The translations under genes were made by a program, and so were the position numbers. The notes under the pieces are model-generated. The model was not told the origin of the DNA and did not search any database. It was given only the letters and a program-made list of their open reading frames with translations. 64,000 bases of DNA. It comes from Bacteroidota bacterium (lineage in GTDB: Bacteria; Bacteroidota; Bacteroidia; JABEUT01). Shown in pieces: positions 9,623-20,411 of this stretch (within the stretch, counting starts at the first letter, position 1; each line of letters opens with the position of its first letter). Location: NCBI GenBank assembly GCA_013285805.1, contig JABDGY010000002.1, forward strand, positions 6,011 through 70,010. Direction: 5' to 3'.

Positions 9623-9769
9623 TTCTGCGTTGCCCTTTTTCAGCTGAAAAACAAGAAGCATTTTTATTGAAGATGACCTTAATTTACATGCTGGCCTGAA
9701 AATGCTTATATTTACAAATAATTAGAAGCTACCCCTTAGCTGCATTACTTAAACAAATCTACAGATACA

Positions 9770-10942
9770 TTGACATTTAAGGACTTTAATTTTGAACCCG
9801 AACTTATAGAGGGTTTATATTCAATGGGTTTTAAACAACCCACACCCATTCAGGAACAGGCTATTCCCATAATACTTAATAACCACGACATTATAGCATG
9901 CGCCCAGACAGGTACCGGTAAAACGGCGGCTTACCTGCTTCCTCTCATTAATAAAATAATTCAGCATAAGAGTGAAACGGTGAACACACTTGTTATAGTT
10001 CCCACACGCGAACTTGCCATACAAATAGACGAAGCTATACAGGGCTTTACATACTTTGCTCCCGTAAGCGCGCTTGCTATTTATGGTGGTAACGATGGTG
10101 CATCGTATGAACGTGAAAGAAAAGCCCTTGTTCACGGAGCTAATATTATTATTGCCACACCCGGGAGGCTTATTTCTCATTTAAATATGGGCTACGTAAA
10201 GTTTAACCAGCTGCAACATTTGGTTTTAGATGAAGCGGACCGCATGCTCGACATGGGCTTTAATGACGACATAACCAAGATCCTGAGCTTTTTGCCGAAG
10301 CAGCGCCAAAACCTTCTTTTCTCTGCTACTATGCCGCACAAAATAAGGGCACTGGCAAAAAAAATATTGCATAACCCGGAACAAATTAATATATCGCTTT
10401 CAAAGCCGGCTGAAGGTATTGAACAGGCGGCTTATATAGTCGAAAACCGGGGGAAGATGCACTTACTTAAATCGATTTTACAGGAAAATAAAGCGAAAAG
10501 TATATTGATATTTTCATCTACAAAAGATAAAGTAAAGGATATTGAAAGAGAGCTGCGTCAGGCAGGTTTTAATGTGGCAGCTATACACTCAGACCTGGAA
10601 CAGGACAGACGTAATGAAGTAATGAGGGACTATAAAAGCGGCAAGCTAAACGTATTGGTTGCAACCGATATACTTTCACGAGGGATAGATATTGAGTCTA
10701 TTGGCATTGTAATAAATTACGATGTGCCGAGAGACGCTGAAGATTACATTCACCGTGTAGGAAGAACAGCCAGGGCTGAATCTACAGGTATGGCCATTAC
10801 ATTTATAAATGCTGACGACCAGTATAAGTTCAAAAAGATTGAGAACCTCATTGGCAATGAAATAAAAAAATTACCTGTGCCTGCCGGCCATGAGGTAAAG
10901 AAAACTGCTGATAAGCACCATTTGCATAAACCGCATAATTAA
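9770..10942 (+). CDS. DEAD-box RNA helicase (RhlE-like)
   Basis: Q motif (PTPIQ), AQTGTGKT, PTRELA, TPGRL, DEAD, SAT, HRVGRTAR; TTG start. Confidence 0.97.
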   Translation: MTFKDFNFEPELIEGLYSMGFKQPTPIQEQAIPIILNNHDIIACAQTGTGKTAAYLLPLINKIIQHKSETVNTLVIVPTRELAIQIDEAIQGFTYFAPVSALAIYGGNDGASYERERKALVHGANIIIATPGRLISHLNMGYVKFNQLQHLVLDEADRMLDMGFNDDITKILSFLPKQRQNLLFSATMPHKIRALAKKILHNPEQINISLSKPAEGIEQAAYIVENRGKMHLLKSILQENKAKSILIFSSTKDKVKDIERELRQAGFNVAAIHSDLEQDRRNEVMRDYKSGKLNVLVATDILSRGIDIESIGIVINYDVPRDAEDYIHRVGRTARAESTGMAITFINADDQYKFKKIENLIGNEIKKLPVPAGHEVKKTADKHHLHKPHN

Positions 10943-10955
10943 TCAGCGGAAAGGC

Positions 10956-11330
10956 TTATATTTTATGTACTTCAACCGGAAGCTTAAGGAATCGTTTAAA
11001 GCCTTCACAGTCCTGCATTGAATCATCATCTCCATCCTCGTATTCCCACACAATTTTAATATTGCATCCCTTTTGGAAAAGATTATCAGCCTTCTTCATA
11101 AAGGTAAAGATTCTTTTTGAGGCGCTTGTATTATAATACAACAATCGGAATATCACTGTTACTGGTTGCTGGCCTCCTGGAGAATAGTTATCAATCCAGT
11201 TAAACAAGGGCTCAAAAAAATTTGTAGCATCTTCCTGGATTATGGTTCCTTCTATCTCCATCACTCCTTTGTCTGCATCAAAATCTACTTTAGGTGTAGT
11301 AAGAGTATTTTTTATACTTAGTTTTTCCAT
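10956..11330 (-). CDS. siaC: SiaC-family (DUF1987) regulatory phosphoprotein
   Basis: TPKVDFD...EIEG...ED...FF.P...W, YYNTSASK (phospho-Thr motif) and WEYEDGDDD. Confidence 0.85.
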   Translation of the reverse strand: MEKLSIKNTLTTPKVDFDADKGVMEIEGTIIQEDATNFFEPLFNWIDNYSPGGQQPVTVIFRLLYYNTSASKRIFTFMKKADNLFQKGCNIKIVWEYEDGDDDSMQDCEGFKRFLKLPVEVHKI

Positions 11331-11347
11331 TGCTGTTTCATTTTATT

Positions 11348-13498
11348 TTAAAACCGGAAGCCCATAATTAACATATCATCTGTTTGAAAAGTGCTGCCTC
11401 TCCATTCGAGGTGCACATTTTCCAAAATATTCTTTTGCTCTGCAAGTGGCTTTTTATGGATATCAAGCAACAATTGCTTGAACTTTCCCTTCATGAATTT
11501 CTTTCCCGTTTTTCCGTTAAGCTGGTCAGCGTACCCATCTGAGAACAAATATACTACATCGCCCTTTTTTATTTCAATGGTACTATCTGTAATAGTATCG
11601 CCCTGTATTTGCGGAATGGCTCCTATACTATACCTGAGAGGTGCCATTTCAACCAGTTGATTATCGCGTATAAAATAGAGGGGATTATACGCTCCTGCAA
11701 ATGAAAGAGTAGCCCGGCCATCTGTTTTATCAAGCGAAGCAATGGCCATATCCATTCCCTCCCTTGAATACAATTCATCGGTTGTAGCAAAGCGTTTTAC
11801 AATGCTCGAATTCATCTCTTTAAGAATATCCTTGGGGTCGTGTATTCCCAATTCATTTATAATATGGTTCAGTAAATCATTGCCTACAATAGTAAGCAGT
11901 GCACCCGGAACACCATGTCCCGTACAATCTACAGCGGCCATAATAATTTTCGACTTATTCTGAATGCTTCCCATCCAGTAAAAATCGCCGCTTACAATAT
12001 CCTTAGGCTTATAATAAATAAATGATTCAGGCACCAGTTCTTTAATGCTTTTATCTGTTGGCAGAATAGATTGCTGTATCCTCTTAGCGTATTGAATACT
12101 GTCTGTAATATCCTTATTCTTTTGCCGTAGTTCTCCTTCAATTTCTTTTAGCGCTGTAATATCAGAATCAATAACAATAATATTCTGTAGCTTGCCTTGC
12201 TCATCAAAAATAGGCGATAATATTGACTGGAACCAGCGCCTTCCTGTCTCCATATTACTGGCCTCCGATTCATAGGAAACCGGTACTTTCTTCTCAACGC
12301 ATTCTTTAACCAGCACCTCAATTTCAGGGTGGGTACTCAATTCAGTAAGCGTGGTACCCCTTTCCTGTTTATATTCATCAATCGACATACCGTACGAATC
12401 AAAAAAAGTATTGTTCACCCACTCCACCTCAAGCTTCGAGTTAAAAATCATAACTGTATTTGTAGATTTACTTACAACCGATGATAGTTTTGCAAGTTCA
12501 CGGTTCAGCCTCTCTTTCTGGCGTGCGTTGCTATACATAAAGGCCGCGAATACAATAACAACCAGCAACCCGCTAGTACCCGACCATAAAATAAGGGCTG
12601 TCTTTTGTTTCTCTTTCTCGACAATTTCGTCTTTTCTTTCTTGTTCAGCTTTTTGCTGCAAATCTCTCTCTTCCTGCTTCTTATTTAAATTAATAATTTT
12701 AACTGAATCCTGTAATTGACTGGTATGCAGCCTTGCTTCAGCCAGTTCTTTTACGGCATTAAGCGATAATATAACCTGGTCCTTCCGTTCCGATTCTTCT
12801 TTCAGCAATCGCTCCTGCTTGGTTTTGTAATTGGTTTCGAGCACTACAAGATTATACCTGGCAGAGGTTTGTGATGAATCAAGGTCAAGTACTTTCTGGT
12901 AACTTTCTTTAGCTAACTGGTAATATGCATCGGCCTTTATATCTTTTTCATTATCAAACATTTCAGCGTAAAGCGAACCCAGTGCGTTGTCAAACTCTAT
13001 CTCGTTTTTTTTCACATTAAAATTAGGATCAGCATGCCTCATAAGTTCTATGTACTTATTATATGCGTCCGCACCAAGCGCAATGCCCGATTCCCCTTGC
13101 TTTAAAAGCCTTACAGCATCGTTATGATACGTTGTGGCAATATACTTCAGGTTTTTCCTGATGTCCTGCAATACATCCGTATCTCCTTCTATTTCCATGG
13201 CTTTTTGAAACGCTTTTGCCGATTTCTCCCGGTATTCCGATTTTACATTTCCCCTTTCATATTTCTTGAACATATCCTTATAAATCAGTCCGTCGTAAAA
13301 CCAGTATTTGGGATCACTTGTGTAGTGTGGGTCAGTAATATGGGCATCGGCAATAGCTGAAGCTGAGTCAATAAAACCCTCATTAAAATACGTAATCATT
13401 TGCTTTATTGCATTTTGCCCCTGTTGCTGGCAAACCGCATTAAGTGAGCAGGTAATTAAAGAGCAAATAAAAAGTAAGACTATATATATTTTCTTCAT
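11348..13498 (-). CDS. periplasmic TPR + TM + PAS + SpoIIE/PP2C phosphatase (SiaA-like)
   Basis: PAS-like EWVN..F...YG...LSPIFDEQG; phosphatase motifs VSGDFYW, DCTGHGVPGA, FSDGYADQ, QTDDML. Confidence 0.92.
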   Translation of the reverse strand: MKKIYIVLLFICSLITCSLNAVCQQQGQNAIKQMITYFNEGFIDSASAIADAHITDPHYTSDPKYWFYDGLIYKDMFKKYERGNVKSEYREKSAKAFQKAMEIEGDTDVLQDIRKNLKYIATTYHNDAVRLLKQGESGIALGADAYNKYIELMRHADPNFNVKKNEIEFDNALGSLYAEMFDNEKDIKADAYYQLAKESYQKVLDLDSSQTSARYNLVVLETNYKTKQERLLKEESERKDQVILSLNAVKELAEARLHTSQLQDSVKIINLNKKQEERDLQQKAEQERKDEIVEKEKQKTALILWSGTSGLLVVIVFAAFMYSNARQKERLNRELAKLSSVVSKSTNTVMIFNSKLEVEWVNNTFFDSYGMSIDEYKQERGTTLTELSTHPEIEVLVKECVEKKVPVSYESEASNMETGRRWFQSILSPIFDEQGKLQNIIVIDSDITALKEIEGELRQKNKDITDSIQYAKRIQQSILPTDKSIKELVPESFIYYKPKDIVSGDFYWMGSIQNKSKIIMAAVDCTGHGVPGALLTIVGNDLLNHIINELGIHDPKDILKEMNSSIVKRFATTDELYSREGMDMAIASLDKTDGRATLSFAGAYNPLYFIRDNQLVEMAPLRYSIGAIPQIQGDTITDSTIEIKKGDVVYLFSDGYADQLNGKTGKKFMKGKFKQLLLDIHKKPLAEQKNILENVHLEWRGSTFQTDDMLIMGFRF

Positions 13499-13533
13499 TA
13501 TTGCGGAAGTAAAAGTAGCCCGAAGAATACTGT

Positions 13534-15219
13534 TTATCTGATAAACCTGAACTCTGTTCTCCGGTTAACCTTATTGTCATCTTCACTGCATTTTACACCA
13601 TGCCTGCATTTATTCAAAAGTTTTGTGTCTCCATACCCATAACCGCTCACTCTTCTTGCATCTATCCCGTTAGCAATAATAAAATCAACTACTACTTTAG
13701 CCCTGTCCTGTGATAACTTCATATTATCTGCCGGATCGCCCACTGCATCCGTATGTGATGAGATTCTTAACTTAAGGTTCGGGTATTTGTCGAGTGCTGC
13801 AATAACCTGGTAAACCACCGTTTGTGCGTCATCAGAAAGATTGGAGGAACCTGTTTCATATGTAATATGAGTGGTTATAGTTGTAGCCGTGTCAGATGAT
13901 TTGATGAAATACTGCAGGTTAAAGTAATTATCCTCCTCATCAATAGAATCAATATTTGACAGCTCGTAGGCAAACTGCCCGTTAGAATTTTTTGAAAGGT
14001 TCTGTACAATTTTACCATTTGATTTGGCAATAGCTATTGTTGCATTAGCTGGCAGTTTATCGTTTTTCGCAAGTACAACCTGGTATTTACTGTCGGGGTG
14101 AACTTTCTCGAAAGCGAAGGCTCCGGTATTATCGGTTGTTGTTGTCTGTATTACTTTCTTTGCACTTACCAGTGAAACGCCTTGTTGTGCTAGGGGTAAT
14201 TTTTGCTTACCATCCTGGTCCCCATATAACAGTTTCGCATGATAGTTCACATTTGTCCTTAAACTGAGACACCACATATCACTTCCATCCGACCCCAGCA
14301 AACCGCTCTTGGTTTTTCCGCCCCCCATGTAGGCTGCATTATCAATAACAAAACAGAATGCGTCATTCCTTGCACTAGGCAGCGTATCGTCTGTTTGCTT
14401 CCAGCTTTTGCCGGCAGGGTCATATTCCCAGCAGTCGTGATAACGGACTTTAGAACCATTATATCCCGAAAAAACGTATCCTTTATTATTGATTGAAAAT
14501 ACTGTGGCACCAAGCCTGTCAGGGCCCGGAAAATCTTCTGCTTTCGTCCAGATGTTGCTTACCGCGTTATAGGTATAAATATTCCTTTTACCAGCGGTTA
14601 CCTCTAATTTTTCATCTCCGAACATAACGTAGGCCAGGTTATTTACAATAAACACAGAGGGGCTTATCCTGCCTATTTCAGGAAAATCAGCCTTTTTGTG
14701 CCATTCATCCATCTTCGGGTCATATTCCCACAAATCATTGTATGATTTTCCTTTGCCAGGTACATTTCCCAACCCTATATATCCTTTACTTCCTATTGAA
14801 AAAGCCAACGCTCCATATCTCGGTTCGCCCGGAAAATCGGCCCTTTTTGTCCACTTGCCTGTAGCGGGGTCATATTCCCATAAATCATTACCACCGGCTT
14901 CTGCCTGTCCCGTTCCTTCAAGGCCTGTGCCTATGTAAGCTTTATCGCCAACAGTAAAACAGGCGGCAAGGCTGCGTGTAACACCCGGAAAATCGGGCAT
15001 TTTTTTCCACATATCAGTTTTAGGGTCATATTGCCAGAAATCATTATCAAGAAGCAAATAGCCCTTACCGGCAACAACAAAGGTTGCTTCTCCTTTTATT
15101 TTACCTCCCGGAAAAGCGGCTTTGTTTTCCCAAACCAACTCTTTATTCTGGGCTGATAAGCTTAGTGTGAAGAGTGAATAAAATGCAAGAAAAAGTAAAT
15201 ACCTGAAAAAACGCCTCAT
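13534..15219 (-). CDS. Kelch-repeat beta-propeller + OmpA-like peptidoglycan-binding domain
   Basis: Repeats DFWQYDP...W.K.ADFPG..R; C-terminal HTDAVG...NMKLSQDRA...NRRTEF. Minus-strand TATCTTTG at 15257-15264. Confidence 0.92.
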   Translation of the reverse strand: MRRFFRYLLFLAFYSLFTLSLSAQNKELVWENKAAFPGGKIKGEATFVVAGKGYLLLDNDFWQYDPKTDMWKKMPDFPGVTRSLAACFTVGDKAYIGTGLEGTGQAEAGGNDLWEYDPATGKWTKRADFPGEPRYGALAFSIGSKGYIGLGNVPGKGKSYNDLWEYDPKMDEWHKKADFPEIGRISPSVFIVNNLAYVMFGDEKLEVTAGKRNIYTYNAVSNIWTKAEDFPGPDRLGATVFSINNKGYVFSGYNGSKVRYHDCWEYDPAGKSWKQTDDTLPSARNDAFCFVIDNAAYMGGGKTKSGLLGSDGSDMWCLSLRTNVNYHAKLLYGDQDGKQKLPLAQQGVSLVSAKKVIQTTTTDNTGAFAFEKVHPDSKYQVVLAKNDKLPANATIAIAKSNGKIVQNLSKNSNGQFAYELSNIDSIDEEDNYFNLQYFIKSSDTATTITTHITYETGSSNLSDDAQTVVYQVIAALDKYPNLKLRISSHTDAVGDPADNMKLSQDRAKVVVDFIIANGIDARRVSGYGYGDTKLLNKCRHGVKCSEDDNKVNRRTEFRFIR

Positions 15220-15334
15220 CTATCTTACTTTATAAGTTAAATACTATAGCACCTATCAAAGATAATAAATAAGGGAAATATTACACTATACTTTTAAAAA
15301 ATTTTGACCCGCGGGATAAATAATGGCTATCCTG

Positions 15335-15895
15335 TTATATTTTGCTCCAATCTTCCACAGTAATTACCTCGGCCTGGCGAGGGAAAACCTTGGTAGTCAG
15401 CACACGGTGCACTTCTTCGTCTGCATCAGCGCATGCATCAGCCAGAACGGTGAGTTTATAATCTTTATCAGCTGCTTCGCGCAGGGTCGATAACACTACA
15501 CCGCTTGTGGCTATGCCCGTTAATACCATATGGTGTATTCCCATAGCACGAAGCACCACTTCAAGGTCACTGCCTGCAAAAGCACTTACACGACGCTTGG
15601 TAACAATAACTTCTCCCGGCACTGGAGCAACAGAAGCATCAACTTTTGACCATTCTTCCATATTCACGCCGGCCATTCGTTCTCGGATTGATGAAAAACT
15701 TTTATTATTAGGGCTGACTTCAGGCATACCCGCTCTAAAACCCACTACCACATATATAACAGGTATTTTATTTGAACGGGCATGGCTTATAGCCTTTTGT
15801 ACATTATCGGCAAAGTTACCTGCGGGCACCATTTTAAGAATAGTTGTTTGCATGTCCATTACAAGTAGTGCTGTGTTTGCTTTGTTTGTTTCCAT
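15335..15895 (-). CDS. isochorismatase/cysteine-hydrolase family protein
   Basis: TALLVMDMQ, KRRVSAF, GIATSGVV. Start moved from 15943 to ATG 15895 to avoid overlap with the MFS gene. Confidence 0.9.
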   Translation of the reverse strand: METNKANTALLVMDMQTTILKMVPAGNFADNVQKAISHARSNKIPVIYVVVGFRAGMPEVSPNNKSFSSIRERMAGVNMEEWSKVDASVAPVPGEVIVTKRRVSAFAGSDLEVVLRAMGIHHMVLTGIATSGVVLSTLREAADKDYKLTVLADACADADEEVHRVLTTKVFPRQAEVITVEDWSKI

Positions 15896-15923
15896 TGTGT
15901 TGTTTTTTATATTAATGATGTTA

Positions 15924-17201
15924 TTAAATTCTTCTTCCTGCAATGTCTTCCGCTTCCGGGAATTCCTTCATTTCTTTCACGTTAAGCCTGTCTTTCCTTA
16001 GAAAGCCCGAGAAAGCAAATGAAATAATAATTGCTGCTATACCCTGGCAAAGTATAGCATCAGGGGCACCGATTTTTTCTGATACGGCGCCCAAAAGCAA
16101 ACTACCCAGTGGCATCATACCAAAAAAGGCCAGGGCCACATAACCCATAACCCTGCCCCGCATTAGCTTATCCATATGTACTTGTACAATAGTAATACAA
16201 ATGGTGGTTTGCGACATGGTACCAAAGCCTGAAACCACAGCAAAAACCATTGCACCCCAGAAGTTACTTATATGCGAAAAACAAATAAGACCGATACCGA
16301 GTATTATTGAATTAACCATGAGAATAAATTTCAAATCAGCGCCTTTTTTCAACGATGCGAGAAAAAGTGCGCCACCCATTGCCCCTACTCCTATAAAACT
16401 GCGGACATAACCAAATGTAGCCGCATCGCCTTTATAAATTTCTTTTGCAAAAGCAGGCAGGAGAGTATCGTATGGTAAAACAAAAAAGCTCATCATGGCA
16501 AGTATCAAAAGCGTCATGGCTATTATGGGAGTGTTTTTAATATATATAAAGCCCTCCGTCAGTTCTGCTGCTAATTTTTTTTTCTCCGGGCGGGGAACAT
16601 ATTTCGGCAATTTCATTAGTAATAGGGATGTAAGTACTGCAATAAAACTTAAAGCATTTAAAAGAAAACATATACCGGCTCCGAATCCTTGTAAAGCAAT
16701 CCCCGACAGCGATGGGCCGATTATCCGTGCAAGATTTACCATAGAAGAATTAAACGCCACCGCATTGGGCAAATCATCTTTATTATTTACCAGTTCATGT
16801 ACCAATGGTTGCCTGGCCGGAACATCAAAAGCATTAATAACACCCAGCATAACACTTAATGCAAGAATTGTGCTAACATCATAATGCTTGGTAAGAACAA
16901 GTACTGCCAGCAAAACAGCCTGTATCATTGAGGCTGTCTGTGTTATAAGAAGAATTTTATACCTGTTGTACCTATCGGCAACTATACCACCATATAAAGA
17001 AAGTAGCGATGAAGGAATTTGTTGAGCAAAAGCGGTAACGCCAAGCATAAGCAACGACCCTGTCATGGTATATATTACCCAGCTTATAGCAGTGCGTTGC
17101 ATCCATGTACCAATTAATGAAATTGATTGCCCGCTAAAGTATAGGCTGTAATTGCGGTTTTTGAAAGCCCTGAATGTGCTTATTTTTACACCCGTTGCCA
17201 T
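15924..17201 (-). CDS. MFS transporter
   Basis: About 12 TM segments; GQSISLIGTWMQ, GG.VADRYNR, NAFDVPARQ. Confidence 0.93.
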   Translation of the reverse strand: MATGVKISTFRAFKNRNYSLYFSGQSISLIGTWMQRTAISWVIYTMTGSLLMLGVTAFAQQIPSSLLSLYGGIVADRYNRYKILLITQTASMIQAVLLAVLVLTKHYDVSTILALSVMLGVINAFDVPARQPLVHELVNNKDDLPNAVAFNSSMVNLARIIGPSLSGIALQGFGAGICFLLNALSFIAVLTSLLLMKLPKYVPRPEKKKLAAELTEGFIYIKNTPIIAMTLLILAMMSFFVLPYDTLLPAFAKEIYKGDAATFGYVRSFIGVGAMGGALFLASLKKGADLKFILMVNSIILGIGLICFSHISNFWGAMVFAVVSGFGTMSQTTICITIVQVHMDKLMRGRVMGYVALAFFGMMPLGSLLLGAVSEKIGAPDAILCQGIAAIIISFAFSGFLRKDRLNVKEMKEFPEAEDIAGRRI

Positions 17202-17240
17202 GTTATAATGTTTCCGTATTTTTCATCCCTCTTCCCATTA

Positions 17241-17669
17241 TTATTTGGCGTATACCAACTTATTCATCACCGGCAAAACCTTTTCCAGAAGCTCCATTTC
17301 CTTGTCTGTAAGTGATTTCTCAATAGCCCCCTTCAACCATTCATCTTTATCATATTTAACTTTCTCCACCATTTTCTTTCCAAACGGGGTAAGCGATATG
17401 TATACCTTGCGTTTATCATCTTTAGAAGGTATCCTTTTTATAATCCCCTGTTCTTCCATTTTTTTTAATATCTGCGACATGGACTGGGTTTTAACCCTTG
17501 TTAAGGCAGCTAGTTCAGTAGGCAATAAAGTGGGCGACCTAAACAAATGCCCTATGGTTTCCACTTCTGTCATAGAGTATTCCTTAACTGAATCAGCCTG
17601 TTTACGCAGGCTTTTGTGCAGTGTGGAGATAACTGTACGTAATGAAGAAGATAATTCGGTTGTATTCAT
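17241..17669 (-). CDS. MarR-family transcriptional regulator
   Basis: Winged-helix signature DDKRKVYISLTPFG. Confidence 0.93.
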   Translation of the reverse strand: MNTTELSSSLRTVISTLHKSLRKQADSVKEYSMTEVETIGHLFRSPTLLPTELAALTRVKTQSMSQILKKMEEQGIIKRIPSKDDKRKVYISLTPFGKKMVEKVKYDKDEWLKGAIEKSLTDKEMELLEKVLPVMNKLVYAK

Positions 17670-17696
17670 GTATGTAATGTAACTTGGTATTTTAAC

Positions 17697-17720
17697 TTGT
17701 TAGTTTACCTTACAAATATA
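17697..17720. promoter_or_regulatory. putative MarR operator overlapping the -7 element
   Basis: Imperfect inverted repeat TTGTTAG-N5-CTTACAA (17697-17715) overlapping minus-strand TATATTTG (17713-17720). Confidence 0.5.
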
Positions 17721-17835
17721 TACATTATTTCAATACGGGCTAACGGTTAAATAAAACAAATGGGTTTTATATCCAAATGACACTTCTTAACAGAAAATTT
17801 AGTTACTTTAAATCCTCGTATTCAACCATATACTC

Positions 17836-19293
17836 ATGCCCTACTTCTATACATACATAAAAAAAGTACACTTTCTAATTCTATTTGCCTGGCCATTCCC
17901 CCTGCTTTTAAAGGCCCAAACCGATAAAAAAACCTATAAGCTCACTAAAATAATTACAGGCAAGTTGTCGCCCAAATCAATTAACAATAACGGGAAGAAT
18001 ATGTTCTTTGCCCAGAACATGATGTATAATCACACCGTTACTGTTTATGATAGCACATTTAATCTTGTAGCCACTATTAATGACAAAGTTAAACCGGCAG
18101 ATTTCGGATTTGAAAAAATTAAAGGGACATTAACAGGCGCACCGGTAGAAAGTGCTGCGACAAAAGACGGCAAATACGTATGGGTGAGTAATTATAATAT
18201 GGAGGGCGATGGGTATAGCAATCCGGGGTGCGATACATGCAATGGTAAGGGATACGACCAAAGTTTTGTATATAAAATAAACACACAAGGCCTTAAAATA
18301 GAGAGCATTGTCAAGGTAGGCAGCGTCCCTAAATTTTTAGCTATAACACCCGACCAGAAAAAGCTGATTGTAAGCAATTGGAGCAGCGGAGATGTAAGTA
18401 TAATTGACCTTGTAACGGAGAAAGAACTTAAACGGATTAATGTAGGCCCTGCACCTAGAGGTATTGCCTGCGATACCGGAAGCACTTTTGCTTACGTGGC
18501 AATAATGGGCGCATGGAAAATTGTTAAAATCAACCTAACTACTTACGAAACTGAAACATTTGTTTCGGGTATAAGGAACCCCAGGCACTTGTGTATTGAT
18601 AAAGATTACCTGTATGCAAGCCTGAATGGGGAACAGGCAGTTTGCCGTATTAACCTGCTTACTGCCAGAATAGAAAAACTAACTGTAGGAAAAGCGCCAC
18701 GTAGTATGGTTATTTCACCAGTGTACCATAAACTGTTTGTGGATTGCTACGAGGACAGCAAGATTGCCGTAGTTGACCTTACCACATTTAAACCTGAAAC
18801 AGATATTAAATGCGGTAAATATCCTATCGGTGTTTGTTTAAGCAACGACAACAAGCAAGTACTTGTATCATGCTACACGGGTTACATAGAAGTTTTTTCT
18901 GAAGAAAAAGCAAACATAAATAAAGTAGTGCCGGTAGCAGTTACTGCGAAAAAAGAGAACAATACCAATTCGTCGCCTGTATTGCCGGGAAAAAAGAACC
19001 TTCTTCAAAGTATCTTACCTGTTGCAATAACCTTGGCAGCAATTCAAAAACCCCTTGACCAAAAAAATCAGGGTAATTGCTACATTGTTCTGGGGTGCTT
19101 TTCAGTGAAGGAAAATGCTTTGAACCTGAAAGATAAGTTATTAAAAAAGGGAGTTGCAGTAGAGTTGATTGACACGAAAAAAGGAATCACTTATTGCGCA
19201 TATAGAACCAGTAAGGATAATGACAGGTACGAAAAACAAATGGTCGAACTTGAAGCCATTACAGGGATAAAGGGCTGGCTGTATGAAATTTAA
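17836..19293 (+). CDS. YVTN/YncE-type beta-propeller with C-terminal SPOR domain
   Basis: VG..PK/PR blade repeats; C-terminal YIVLGCFSVKENA SPOR-like motif. Confidence 0.8.
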   Translation: MPYFYTYIKKVHFLILFAWPFPLLLKAQTDKKTYKLTKIITGKLSPKSINNNGKNMFFAQNMMYNHTVTVYDSTFNLVATINDKVKPADFGFEKIKGTLTGAPVESAATKDGKYVWVSNYNMEGDGYSNPGCDTCNGKGYDQSFVYKINTQGLKIESIVKVGSVPKFLAITPDQKKLIVSNWSSGDVSIIDLVTEKELKRINVGPAPRGIACDTGSTFAYVAIMGAWKIVKINLTTYETETFVSGIRNPRHLCIDKDYLYASLNGEQAVCRINLLTARIEKLTVGKAPRSMVISPVYHKLFVDCYEDSKIAVVDLTTFKPETDIKCGKYPIGVCLSNDNKQVLVSCYTGYIEVFSEEKANINKVVPVAVTAKKENNTNSSPVLPGKKNLLQSILPVAITLAAIQKPLDQKNQGNCYIVLGCFSVKENALNLKDKLLKKGVAVELIDTKKGITYCAYRTSKDNDRYEKQMVELEAITGIKGWLYEI

Positions 19294-19302
19294 CAACTTA
19301 GT

Positions 19303-20403
19303 TTAAAACATAGAATGTGAGTCTCCATTACCCACTTTCGTCTGAGGAGTGTAACGTAACGATATTTCCCATGCACCCTGGCCAGTAGTGGCCGATATAT
19401 ATTGCGAAGTATTTATATCATAACTAAAACCTATGGAGTATGAAGGGAATTCCATTTGGAGTAACGCGATAAATGCATCGCCTGCACGGTAGTATATACC
19501 AAAGTCTGCTACACGGCTTTTCGAAAAATCGGTATAATGGCTCGATTGTAAACCTAATGCATATCTTAACTTTATTCCCAGGTCAATCTCCTGGGCGGGT
19601 CCCTGCCTATAAAAGACAGCTAAAGGCGCCAATGCCATATTTGAACCGGACATCTTAAACTCCGCACCGGCATGGAACACATAACGAATATATAAATTGG
19701 TGCCAGGGCCATTGGTGCCATAGAAAGACATGTCGGGCTGATTAATATGAAAGAAAGCCACACCTACATTATATTTTACATATTGGCTGGATGCAATATT
19801 TACCGCTGATGAAGAATAATTATACAAAAGGCCTCCAGAAAAATCGGAATACGATAGTGTATGGCCTGCTAATGGCTCGCCCGTTGCAGCATTTGGGTCA
19901 TACTGCCCATTGATGTACTGCTCATCCCATGGTACATTCTGAAGGTTCATACTGTTCTGCGACCAACCTCCCTGAAGCCCTGCTGTTATGGTATTCTTTG
20001 GGTCTAAATATACTCCCCCGGCAAGACTGAAATTCACTTCGGTAGTGGTTAATTGTATGGTTCCCGCTTTGTCACTGAAAAACGAAATACCTGGCGACAG
20101 GAAGCCGCCTTTCCAGCCCTGCAATACATTCTTATATTCAGCCGATGCCGCCATGGTACTGAATTCATAACCACTGCCTAATGAAGCTGCCCACTGGTTA
20201 CGATAATTTATTTCTGCGCGGAAATCTCCATTGAAAGCGCCACAAAGAGCAGGGTTCAATGTAAGTGATGATTCATAAAACTGCGTAAAATGAATATCCT
20301 GAGCCCTGATGTTAAATGGGGAACAGATCAATAAGACAATAACTATCCGCAACAAATGCTTTGCGGCCGGTAGTTTCTTATATGTCTTTTCTTTCCTGCT
20401 CAT
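19303..20403 (-). CDS. PorP/SprF-family T9SS outer-membrane protein
   Basis: QDIHFTQFY...LNPALCG, NYRNQW, FHINQP, GFSYD (TIGR03519-like). Confidence 0.95.
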   Translation of the reverse strand: MSRKEKTYKKLPAAKHLLRIVIVLLICSPFNIRAQDIHFTQFYESSLTLNPALCGAFNGDFRAEINYRNQWAASLGSGYEFSTMAASAEYKNVLQGWKGGFLSPGISFFSDKAGTIQLTTTEVNFSLAGGVYLDPKNTITAGLQGGWSQNSMNLQNVPWDEQYINGQYDPNAATGEPLAGHTLSYSDFSGGLLYNYSSSAVNIASSQYVKYNVGVAFFHINQPDMSFYGTNGPGTNLYIRYVFHAGAEFKMSGSNMALAPLAVFYRQGPAQEIDLGIKLRYALGLQSSHYTDFSKSRVADFGIYYRAGDAFIALLQMEFPSYSIGFSYDINTSQYISATTGQGAWEISLRYTPQTKVGNGDSHSMF

Positions 20404-20411
20404 CTTTGTTT

